Assembly (NCBI GenBank): GCA_043228905.1
Contig: JBHGNT010000700.1
Location: 1-17,379, forward strand
Length of the DNA stretch: 17,379 nt
DNA from: Azolla caroliniana
Taxonomy: Eukaryota; Plantae; Polypodiophyta
Reading direction: 5' to 3'
This document shows, piece by piece, positions 1 through 9,456 of the stretch. The translations under genes and the position numbers were made by a program. Position 1 is the stretch's first letter; every line of letters begins with the position of its first letter. Below the pieces are notes generated by a model. The model made no database searches. It was not told the DNA's origin and was given only the letters and a program-made list of their open reading frames with translations.

Positions 1-616
1 AACTTTTGATGCATGAGTAGTACATCCGTGCATTTGTAAGGGAAGTGTAACATGTCAATTGAATTGGGGAGAAAAATATGCGTCAAATGAATCAAAATAG
101 GCAATGTTAAGTGTATTTTGTACAAGAAAATTATCTCATGTACTCTTGTGTTATAAAGGCCCCTTTTAACCATTGCAACCCTTTTTGTTGGAAGCAAATC
201 GTTATGGAAGTACAAAGCTAATATTCCCTACATAGGAACACAAATACTAGAAATACACACATATTGTTTCAAATTTGACAAACAAACAAAGAATATTACA
301 AATGATTAGAAATTTAGTAGCTATCACCTTATATGTAAGCTAATGCATATTTAGTCATGGATTGAGATTTGAACCTCTAACCTTACGACTAAAGAACATA
401 CATTTTCACGTCCAGTGACGTTACCATCGTGTTATGCAATCTAAATGCTACATAAAGTTTAAACACATTATGCTTCTGAATCCATTAGCAACTTTAAAAT
501 AGAAACAATGTGAGACATGGCTAAGTGTTTTTACTTTTCATTATGAAAAACAAAGTTCCATATGCAAAATATATGGACATAAAACTAAGAAGATGTATTA
601 CCACCTCTTCTTAATA

Positions 617-1058
617 ACATCATTAATTGCAATCAATCAATTAAGCCCATAGAATGATCTGAACACTTGTAAGGGTAAATGAGACAAACCCAATAAAGGA
701 TATCACATTGTAGGGGAGACATCCAACCAACCCACAACAAGAGCAAGGACAAACAATGGTTCTAGTTACATCATTCATTGCAATCAATCAATCAATTGAC
801 CCTATGGTATGATGATCCTAAAATTGTTAGGGTACATAGGGCAAACCCAATAAAGGATAGCAACATTACAAGGGTGAACCCACAAAAGGAGCACCAACAA
901 GTTATGGTTCTTAGTTACATCATTAGGTGATTGTAATCAATTGAACATGCACTACGATCCTACCACTTGTACTGGTATATGAGACAAATCCCAATCCAAG
1001 ACAACCCCTTTACAAGGGAAACATCCAACCTATCCACATACATGCCACACCGACAAAC
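617..1058. repeat. Degenerate tandem repeat, about 3 copies of a ~150-bp unit
   Basis: Units begin ACATCATT at 617, 768 and 917. Shared blocks include ATTG(C/T)AATCAAT, CAAA(T)CCCAAT, ACATCCAACC and ATGGTTCT..AGTT. The right end is approximate. Confidence 0.75.
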
Positions 1059-1611
1059 TGTGTTCACATAATTTACTCATCCTATAAATGTGTCACTAAA
1101 AGCCATGGATTTGGAAGTTTTTTATTTTCGAAAGCTCCTGTCTTTCTCACTTTTTGTGTCCCACACTAGTGCTTTCTTGAACTTTAAGCTCACGTTTTTT
1201 AGAGGAACAAAAAGGGTGTCACCTAAATCTATCTTTACTAACAAAGAGCCACAACAATGCCCATGAAATCAATGGTGAATGTGCATTCCTCTGAGAATAA
1301 AGTCCCTTTACTTTTAAGTGGGGGTTGTAGCCTAGTCACAATCATATCATCCATGACACTTGTGTAAAGACATGAGAACATTGAAGACCATGAGATCATA
1401 AAAGAATGGTACATATATACTCGGACTATATTGCGTTGGATGGAACAAGCTAAAGACCCATCCGATCCATCCACAAAGCGGACCACGAAAACAAAAGAAA
1501 CAAAGTCGATATTACATAGATCAAATAAATGGTGCAAAATGGCAAGGACCCATATGACATCATACATAAGACCCCCAAAAATAACACTGAAGGCTTTGGT
1601 TGGTGTCCTCT

Positions 1612-3561
1612 TCAATGGTAGGAGGCACCATAGTAAGGAAGAGGCTGGAAAGCATTGGTATACCCGGGACTATAGAACTTCATGAGACCATTGTAACCTT
1701 GCATGCCATCTGCCTGATATTGATACCATACTTGTTGCTCTTGTACCAATAATTGCTGCTTTTGCTTCATGTCCGACATTTGCACGTAGGATGGGGGCGG
1801 GACACTGAGGGATGCGGCAAATGGATCTTCTCCTCCAGACTGATGAGCCATGGGGGGTGCAGGCAAAGCTAGAAATGAAGACGCGGGCCGGCCCGGTAAG
1901 GCCACACTACTTGCGCTACCCGAAGGCATCATCGAGGCCACTTTCTGAGTCATCGTGGCTTGATCATACATGCTTGTCAAGAGTAAGTTATCGAATCCTC
2001 CCGCGAGGCTATTCGTGGTGGGCATTGGGTTCGAGAGCTTGCTTTCGGATTCTACTAGGGCGAGTTCCCACCCGGCGAGAGGCCTATCTTGTTCCCATGC
2101 TACCGACCCCCGATTATTTGAACTTTGTGCTTGGTTAGATGGCGCCGTCTCAGCAAACAATGCCAATGCGAGCTTATCTCCATGCTCCTCTGCCGAAACC
2201 TCGTTGCCATTGTTAAGCCCTAGAAGATCGGGTTCATTGGCACCGTGTAGAGCCTCTTTTGCGGGCTCGGGCTCAGGCTCCTCCTCTCGTAGAGGCGGAG
2301 CTGGCAAAGCTTTCATCCCGTTGATATCTTCGTAGCTCACATTCCCCTCGGCCTCAGATTCGGCTCCGCGGCTCGGACTCTTGGGAGGAATCGGTTCGGA
2401 GCTCCTTCTCTTCTGGTTCCGCAATGCTTCGGATCGATCCATGAGGAAACTCTCCATGGTCTCAATACTTTCTTCGGAAATCTTGGTCACTACCGGAAAC
2501 TCGGAAGATCGGCAAACTCCGATGCTGTTACATGCACCATAGAATGATATCAATTCATCGATCTGCTTGGCCCCTTTGGTATAGATTTCGAAGGCCTTCA
2601 CACAACCCACGTGGTCCATGTCGAAGAACGAATCGAAGACCCGAGCCAAGCCATGAGAAATGTCCGAGTAAAGCCCGAAGCTCTCGGTCACCACGGGATG
2701 GAGGGCAATTTGAACTAGCCGATTCATCCTAGCATAGCCGGTTGGCCGGCAAGCCAAGACTCGGTCGAGAAGGCGTTGAGTGAGCGGGATCCTTTCCATT
2801 AGCTCAAGAATGGTCATGTCTTTAATGGAAGAAGAAGCCTTCCTTTTCTTCATCTCATCTCCATCTCCATCCCCATCTCTATCTCCATCTCCATCTTCTC
2901 TACCATGCCCATTCTCTCTTCTTCTTCTCCCATCATAGTCACCATGGGGCTCTCTATAGTTATCATCATAACCACTCTCATAGCCACCATTTCCATAGAA
3001 ATAGCCATAGCCATAGCCATTGTCCCTGCCATGCTCATCATAGCTATTGCCTTGGCGGATCGAAGGCCGGCCTTTGTTACTGTGCGATTTGCCCATGGCT
3101 AGAATGAAATCAAGCTTCTCATCGAGAAACAGGGCATAAGTGCGAACAAATGCAGAGTAATCCCAAGCATGGGAGTGAGAATCATCCCTAAAGTTGGAGA
3201 GGTTGAGGACTCTCATGGAGTCTCTGCTTCCGCTTGCGCGGCCGAACTGGAGCTCGTGCTCGAAGGCAGGGTCACCATCGGTGAGGAGGCGGTGAGTTAG
3301 GCTGAGAGCTTTAATGGCGACCACCCAATTGTGGGTCTTACTGAGCCTCTTTGCCAGGGATGTGACACATGCTGCCACATAGCCCCTCGAGTAGGAGGTG
3401 AGATGGAGAAGCTCTTGGACATACCTTTCATTGATGGGAACTTCCTCATGGCTAGTCGCCTTCACAAGAGCTATGTCTAGATCTGGAGCACAGCTGCCCC
3501 CAGCTATGGCGATTCCAATGCTTGCTTGATCCTTCACAGACCCCAGAGCTCTTCGCAGCAT
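1612..3561 (-). CDS. ANTH-domain clathrin assembly protein (PICALM/AP180 family, resembling the Arabidopsis PICALM4/CAP1/ECA4 clade), 649 aa, no intron in the CDS
   Basis: ANTH N-terminus motifs GSVKDQASIGIA, ALVKATSHEE, KTHNWVVAIKAL...HRLL, WDYSAFVRTYALFLDE and QRLLDRVLACRPTG. Plant C-terminal motifs WELALVE, GGFDNLLL..MYDQ, GSASSVALPG and DPFAASLSVPPPSYVQM. An in-frame TAA 7 codons upstream fixes the ATG. Confidence 0.95.
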   Translation of the reverse strand: MLRRALGSVKDQASIGIAIAGGSCAPDLDIALVKATSHEEVPINERYVQELLHLTSYSRGYVAACVTSLAKRLSKTHNWVVAIKALSLTHRLLTDGDPAFEHELQFGRASGSRDSMRVLNLSNFRDDSHSHAWDYSAFVRTYALFLDEKLDFILAMGKSHSNKGRPSIRQGNSYDEHGRDNGYGYGYFYGNGGYESGYDDNYREPHGDYDGRRRRENGHGREDGDGDRDGDGDGDEMKKRKASSSIKDMTILELMERIPLTQRLLDRVLACRPTGYARMNRLVQIALHPVVTESFGLYSDISHGLARVFDSFFDMDHVGCVKAFEIYTKGAKQIDELISFYGACNSIGVCRSSEFPVVTKISEESIETMESFLMDRSEALRNQKRRSSEPIPPKSPSRGAESEAEGNVSYEDINGMKALPAPPLREEEPEPEPAKEALHGANEPDLLGLNNGNEVSAEEHGDKLALALFAETAPSNQAQSSNNRGSVAWEQDRPLAGWELALVESESKLSNPMPTTNSLAGGFDNLLLTSMYDQATMTQKVASMMPSGSASSVALPGRPASSFLALPAPPMAHQSGGEDPFAASLSVPPPSYVQMSDMKQKQQLLVQEQQVWYQYQADGMQGYNGLMKFYSPGYTNAFQPLPYYGASYH

Positions 3562-3717
3562 CTTCTTCCTTCTTTCTTCTTACCTTAACTGTAATAAAAG
3601 ATCATCTCTTCTTCTTCTTTCTTTCTTGCTTTTGTTTTTGTTGTTGTTGTTGATGATGTTCTGCTCCTCCTTTCTTCTTGATTTCCTGATGCTTTCTGAA
3701 GGAGAGCTATAAGCTAT

Positions 3718-3790
3718 CTAGTACAGAACAAACAAATAAAGAAGAAAAAGGCGTAAATCAGAGAGAGACAGAGAGAGAGAGAGAGAGAAA
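3718..3790 (-). promoter_or_regulatory. Putative 5'-UTR intron 3' splice site, with an adjacent (CT)n/GAGA tract
   Basis: The minus strand reads (CT)n...CTTTTTCTTCTTTATTTGTTTGTTCTGTACTAG, a pyrimidine tract plus TAG, ~156 nt upstream of the ATG. The donor site was not identified. Confidence 0.35.
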
Positions 3791-4308
3791 TAGATTAGTG
3801 CTCTGCCCACCCAACTCAAGAAAAAGACAGATTCCCTCTTTTTAAAAGCTTTTTTTTTTTAATTTTCTTTTCTTTTCATCAGAGAATCGATGTTGGAGAC
3901 GAAGACAAAGATCGAAGAGGCAAAAAATCAGAAGAAAAAAGAAGAAGCACAGATCTGATTCAAAAATCACGAAGGATTTGTGGGAGAAACAGAAGAAAAA
4001 AGAGAGAGACGAATCTCTCTCAAAAAAACCCGAAACAAAAGGGATCAATCAGAGAGGAAAAAAAAGAGAGGGGGATCAATCAGAGAAATGGTTTGGGCAA
4101 TTTAAAAGAGAGAGAAGAGGCGAATTAAGTGGTTAAGAGAGCCATTTAGAAAATCGTCTGTGATGGAAGGAGGAGGAGATAAAGACGGAGAAAGCCAGCA
4201 TTTGGTGCCATCTCCCCATCAAAGACAGCTACTCTTTCAATGCTCTTCTCTGTCTTCTCTTAACTCTGTTCCTCTCTGTCTGTCTCTCTCATGAATATAC
4301 ACAGTAAA

Positions 4309-4354
<46 letters not shown>

Positions 4355-4461
4355 CTACATCTACATATACATCTACATCTACATCTACATCTACATACAC
4401 GTATACATATACATCTACATCTACATCTATGATAAACATATATGTACATAGACATATACAT

Positions 4462-4494
<33 letters not shown>

Positions 4495-4590
4495 CACATA
4501 TACCTATACATCTACATCTACATCTACATACACGTATACATATACATCTACATCTATGATATACATATATGTACATAGACATAGACATAG

Positions 4591-4625
<35 letters not shown>

Positions 4626-4760
4626 CACATATACATACACATATACATGTACATACACATATACCTATACATACAGATATACATGTACATATACATATAC
4701 ATATACCTATACAGACAGATATACATGTACATATATTGTGACAGATATATATGTACATAT
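4309..4760. repeat. Compound microsatellite (ACATAT)n/(ACATCT)n/(ACATAG)n
   Basis: Directly visible hexamer array; it accounts for the low-complexity ORFs in all frames here. Confidence 0.97.
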
Positions 4761-5576
4761 ATTGTGGTGTGCATGATGCACACCATTTTTAAGATTCATG
4801 TACCTAAGCTGACCCACCCTTTTAGCACAACCCTTTTTAGCTAAGCCGACCCAAATGGGGTACCTTTGTATCAAGTATAAATTGAGTAAGAACTAAGAAG
4901 CTAACTAATAACAATCGGCGACGGTTCGGTTCGGTTTGAGAGGGTCCAAACCAAACCGTTTAAATTTTTTGAAACCTGAACCGAACCGAACCACGAAACC
5001 GTTAAACCGAACGGTTAAACATTTCCCAAACCGTTAAACCATTAAACCGTAAAAACCACGGTTTCGTGGTTCGGTTTCGGTTTTCAACATAGGTCAATTT
5101 TTTAATTTTTAATTTTTTAATATTTATAATACATATACATACACATATACCTATACATACAGATATACATGTACATATACATATACATATACCTATACAG
5201 ACAGATATACATGTACATATATTGTGGTGTGCATGATGCACACCATTTTTAAGATGCATGTACCTAAGCTGACCCACCCTTTTAGCACAACCCTTTTTAG
5301 CTAAGCCAACCCAAATGGGTACCTTTGTATCAACTATAAATTGAGTAAGAACTAATAAGCTAACTAATAACAATCTGCGACGGTTCGGTTCGGTTTGAGA
5401 GGGTCCAAACCAAACCGTTTAAAATTTTTGAAACCTGAACCGAACCGAACCACGAAACCGTTAAACCTTTCCCAAACCGTTAAACCATTAAACTGTAAAA
5501 ACCACGGTTTTATGGTTCGGTTTCGGTTTTCAACATAGGTCAATTTTTAAATTTTAAATTTTTTAATATTTATAAT
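4651..5576. repeat. Tandem duplication of ~450-480 bp (about 4651-5130 and 5137-5576), including microsatellite tail and an AACCG/CGGTT-rich segment resembling DNA-transposon subterminal repeats
   Basis: ATTGTGGTGTGCATGATGCACACC at 4761 and 5221; both copies end TATTTATAAT (5130, 5576) and are near-identical apart from small indels. Clustered GGTTCGGTTCGG / CCGAACCGAACC motifs. Confidence 0.9.
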
Positions 5577-5749
5577 ATTTCGTTTTTTAAAAATTTAAAA
5601 AATTTAAAAATTTAAAGATGTTCCTAGAATGTGAGAATAAGGTCTAAAAATGAAAAGATTGTTTAAAAACAATTTTTTAAAATTAAAAAAACTAAAAATA
5701 AAAATCGTTTAAACCGCGGTTTTTGATAGTTGAAATGGAGCCTTTCATA

Positions 5750-6385
5750 TATACGGAGCCTGTCATAGGTCGGCTGTTTGCCTGACCATAGGGCCTATGG
5801 CACTTCGAGCCTGATTGCTTTCGACGACGATAGATTGATCATATATACTACCGTCTACAATGCTTCGGCCCAAAACTCCAGCTTTAGTCCGGCTTGCTGG
5901 AGCATTGTCGTCACCCTCTCTTGGATTGTTCGGTTGATCTGTTCTGCCACTCCATTGTGCGTGGGTGTGTATGGAATGGTTTTTTGGTGCCGGATCCCCT
6001 TGTGAGACAGGTACTGTTTGAAGGCTCAGGAGGTGTATTCCCCTCCATTGTTGGATCGGGTGTCTTCACTCAGTATCCTGATCAACCGCAATCAGCCGAT
6101 CCAGGTCGGCTTGAGACATATGGCTGAGTCGACCATGCTATATGTTCGGGTCAGTCTTTTCGACTATGTTCACGACCCCTTTTGGATTGATTGCCATCAT
6201 TTGATAGAAGTTGTTGTACTTGTGTCCGCTTCTAATTTTTAGGTTTCCATGGTTGATTATCCATGTCAACTCGCTCATAATCATTATGTACCCGCCTTCG
6301 GCTAACATACCGATGGAGACTAGACTCATTTTCAGTGCGGGTATGTGCCAAACAATTGTGGTGCCCTTCGACAATTGAATTGGTA
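5750..6385 (-). pseudogene. Decayed Ty1/copia pol fragment: protease C-terminus, GAG-pre-integrase and integrase core, with an internal deletion
   Basis: Minus-strand translation gives VWHIPALKMSLVSIGML..., *HGRLSHMS, RSNNGGEYTS*, TIPYTPTHNGVAEQINRTIQE and EFWAEAL*TVVYMIN...LWSGKQPTYDRL. Multiple stops; the zinc-finger cysteines and first half of the core are missing. Confidence 0.85.
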
Positions 6386-6410
6386 CTTTGTGTCATAAAC
6401 AGGATGCCAC

Positions 6411-6482
6411 ATGGAATGGTGGGGGTTGAACCCATGACCTTCTGGTCTTATTGGGCAACCTTACTAGTTGAGCTACATCCAT
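6411..6482 (-). pseudogene. tRNA-like sequence (tRNA pseudogene or head of a tRNA-derived SINE)
   Basis: 72 nt on the minus strand: ATGGATG-TAGCTCAACTAG (A-box-like)...AAGGTCATGGGTTCAACCCCCAC (B-box/T-arm)-CATTCCAT. The ends pair as an acceptor-like stem with one bulge. The anticodon arm is degenerate, so no isotype is assignable. Confidence 0.65.
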
Positions 6483-6493
6483 CTATGCATTAT

Positions 6494-6813
6494 TGTATTG
6501 TATAAGATTCAACTTATTCCATTATAGATTGATCACTAGAACTTTCAAGAACCTTCTAGAGAATGCATCTTCATGCACTTCTAGAAGTTTCCATGCACTC
6601 TCTAGAAGTCTTCTAGCTTTCATGCATACCTCCACATTCTTGTATAAATACTGGGGTGCACCTTGATTACAATCAAGGTGAACAACACCAGTTATGAAAG
6701 CATACTTCATTTCTTGTTCATTTGTCTATTTTCTCTCTCTCTTGCTTGTTCTTTTGTCTAGCTCTCTCTCCCGTTATCTCTTAATATTGAGCCTCGTCTA
6801 CTTGTCTGTGACA
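6494..6813 (+). mobile_element. Putative 5' LTR of the Ty3/gypsy element
   Basis: Begins TGTA (6494 or 6499), has TATAAATA at 6643-6650 and a CT-rich U5-like region, and ends GTGACA at 6813 (alternative GTGACA at 6880). It lies directly upstream of gypsy pol. The partner LTR is not in the window, so boundaries are approximate. Confidence 0.55.
6538..6650 (+). promoter_or_regulatory. Heat-shock elements (nGAAn arrays) upstream of a TATA box
   Basis: aGAAc-tTTCa-aGAAc-cTTCt-aGAGa (6538-6562), cTTCt-aGAAg-tTTCc (6578-6592), a partial third at 6599-6614, and TATAAATA at 6643-6650. Confidence 0.7.
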
Positions 6814-6904
6814 ATCTTGTGATCTTGCTTATGCTCTCGCTCTCTCTTAGTACTTAGCCTCATTCCACCCTTTCGTGACAATTTGTTCACCTTCTCCCAC
6901 TTGC

Positions 6905-8217
6905 CAAGACTTGACTTTCGAATGGACAACAGTTGCACAAAAGGCGTTCGACTTGCTGAAAGAAGCCTTTACTATGGCACCTGTCCTCTTACATCCTGAC
7001 CCCACTAAGCCCTTTCAAGTTGAAACGGATGCTTCCAATTTCACCATTGGGGCAATCCTCTCCCAGCCAGATGAGGTCGGTGTGCTTCACCCGATGGCTT
7101 ACTACTGCCGCAAATTCACGGCCCCAGAAATCAACTACCCCATGTACGACAAGGAGCTTCTCGCTATTATTGCTTCTTTTGAATAATGGAGACCCTATTT
7201 AGCTAAGGTGCAACACCGTATACAAGTGATTACCGATCACAAAAATCTAATATACTTTTCTACCACACGAACCTTAAATCGTAGACAGGCGTGATGGTCA
7301 ACCTTCTTGGCAGAGTATGATTTTGAGATAATCTTTCGATCCGGCGCTCAACACACGACGACCGATGTCTTTTCTAGTCGGTCTGAGTTCGAGCTCACTC
7401 CGGAGGATGAAGCCTATGTTCCGAGTCCCAGAGTTTGTTCAAGCGTGACCAATTCTACAACTTCGCAACTTGCTTGCTTCGGGATGACTCTTTGCTCAAG
7501 CAAATAGCAAAAGCCACTACGACTGACAAGTTCGCCATAGAGGTCAAGGCAAGTATCACAAACCCCTCACACGAACCCAAAAGGCCTGATTTAGCATGTT
7601 TTACAATTCAGGATAATCTTTAGTATGTCCCAGAAGGTCCCTGTCGAACCAGGGTGCTTCACGAGTGTCACGATGATCCACTTCTTGGTCATTTTGGCGT
7701 TGCGAAAACCTTGGAGTTGATATCTCGGGGGTACTGGTGGCCACATCCATGGAAATTGGTCAAGGAGTTCGTTAAATCATGCGATGTTTGTGCTTGCTCT
7801 AAAGCATCTCATCATTGACCATATGGTCTCCTTCACCCTCTCCCAATCCCCAAACGGCCTTGGGCCTCTCTTTCCATGGATTTCATCACTGACCTTCCTT
7901 TTGTTGGTGGCTATGATTTGGTATTCGTCATGGTTGATCGCTTCACCAAGATGGCTCATTTTTCTCCATGTGCCAAAACCATTACTGGGGAGGAGAAAAC
8001 TGATTTGTTTTTAAAAAATGTGGTTCGACTACATGGACTCCCAGACGATATCACTTCTGATCGAGGATCACAATTTGTTTCCAATTTCTGGCGGCGCCTT
8101 CTGCAAACCTTCGATTGTATTGTGAATCTATCTTCCACCTATCATCTGCAAACCGATGGACAAAGGGAGCGTGTTAACCAAATCTTGGAACAATGCTTGC
8201 GGTGCTCTCTTAGCTAC
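6905..8217 (+). pseudogene. Decayed Ty3/gypsy pol (RT connection, RNase H, integrase), Tf2/Tcn1-like; gag, PR and the RT core are deleted; truncated by the copia LTR
   Basis: FEWT..QKAFDLLKEAF..APVL, VETDAS, EINYPMYDKELLAI, TDHKNL, zinc finger HDDP..GHFG....C..C, SMDFITDLP, VDRFTKMAHF, HGLPDDITSDRGSQF, QTDGQRERVNQILEQ. Several stops and frameshifts. Confidence 0.93.
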
Positions 8218-8515
8218 TGTAAAGAAATGAGGAGGCAAGAGTGGTTGTAATGCAGCGGAAGATGAGTGTGTGTGTGTGTGTGTCTCAAGACAAAGTGAGA
8301 GAGAGAGAGCTCTTAAGACAAAGATAGAAAAACTGTATATTGACCAAAATTACATCAAAGCATAAGACATCCAACAACAACTAAGTTACAAGGGGTTGGT
8401 TTAAATACCAACTGAGCTAGGGCAAGTGCCCTTTCTACTATTTACAAAACTAACCTGGTATGTCCATGAGCTAGTGTGAAACCTATCTATGGGAAGTTGA
8501 GTTCGATTCTCAACA
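8218..8515 (-). mobile_element. 3' LTR (298 bp) of the minus-strand Ty1/copia element
   Basis: TG at 8218 falls exactly where gypsy integrase homology stops, and CA ends at 8515. On the minus strand it is immediately preceded by the purine tract GAAGGGGCG (8516-8524). Confidence 0.8.
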
Positions 8516-8524
8516 CGCCCCTTC
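8516..8524 (-). other. Polypurine tract of the copia element
   Basis: Minus strand reads GAAGGGGCG|TGTTGAG. Confidence 0.7.
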
Positions 8525-8649
8525 GAACACAACTTCCATCTGTCGAAAAGTTGTTTCGGTCTTCAGAGTACATTGATTTAAGGAATCGGATTCCGGCTTT
8601 ATTGCTTTACGCTTCTTATTGCATGTTGCGTAGTCTAGCCGTGCTACGT

Positions 8650-9246
8650 TGTCGTGAAGAATTTCGGCCAGAGGCAGAAACCGGGAAACATTGGCTACAT
8701 CGACGGGGTGCAGCGTGTGTACGCACCCATGTACATTTAGTGTGAATATCGAGGGCGCCTTTATGGCGCCGAAGAGTAGTCAAGTCGGGGCAGACGATCC
8801 CATGTAAGTTGGGATTTGTCCCACATTGAAACGCATCCCTTTCCTTGTTCTATAAAAGGAAGGGAACGCCCTTTGTGAAAGGGTTGCCCATTTTGCATTA
8901 GAGGGTATACCGTTAGGTTTAGAGTTAGTTTCTTCTTCTTCTTCTTCTCCTTCGTGTTCGCTTAGGGTTTGCTTCAGCTCATCTCCTGCGCAAGACCCCG
9001 CTCGGCGCGACGAGCCCGTGAGCTCCCCGACCGGCGGCTTGGCAGCTGACGACTATTGTAACCTACCTTGGAACGGCTCAAAGCCGGGAATGTATTCTTT
9101 TGTTTATATATATATACATTTGCGTCTGTCTGTGTATATTCGCATCTCTGTTGGTGTCGGGTGCTTCCCCTTTTCCTGCGTTTCCTGTACATGAGGGCGT
9201 GAGTCGGGTCGGCATGTGTGTGTGCGTGTGCGTGAGTCGGTGTTAA

Positions 9247-9289
<43 letters not shown>

Positions 9290-9419
9290 TCGGTCGCTTC
9301 CTGTGTTCTTCTGGGATGCCCCTGGAACGGTGAAGCACGACTTTCCACGCTCCATTACTCCCTAGTCCAAGACCCCCATGGTCCTGCCTTTCTCCACGCA
9401 CGTGCGTAACAACGCGACA
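8650..9419 (+). repeat. 5' LTR (770 bp)
   Basis: Terminal inverted repeat TGTCG/CGACA, TATAAAA at 8851, internal (TTC)n, (TA)n, (TG)n and (TC)18 tracts. About 11 substitutions relative to the 3' LTR by manual count. Confidence 0.97.
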
Positions 9420-9423
9420 TCTT

Positions 9424-9441
9424 TGGTGAACCCGACGTGAA
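9424..9441 (+). other. Primer-binding site complementary to the tRNA-Trp 3' end
   Basis: TGGTGAACCCGACGTGAA is the reverse complement of TTCACGTCGGGTTCACCA, the 3' end of plant cytosolic tRNA-Trp as recalled. It lies 4 nt (TCTT) after the LTR. Confidence 0.88.
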
Positions 9442-9456
9442 AGGCGGCAAGGGAGG

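Noticed and set aside
1238-3102. Short ORFs overlapping or antisense to the ANTH gene and its 3' UTR
   Set aside because: Shadow frames with no recognisable domains.
4237-4844. Many overlapping ORFs (YVYV, CICI, TYTY, HIHI)
   Set aside because: Translations of a stop-poor hexamer microsatellite.
5737-5767. GGAGCCT(T/G)TCATA duplicated at 18-bp spacing
   Set aside because: Most simply a small filler duplication at the broken end of the copia relic; no sign of function.
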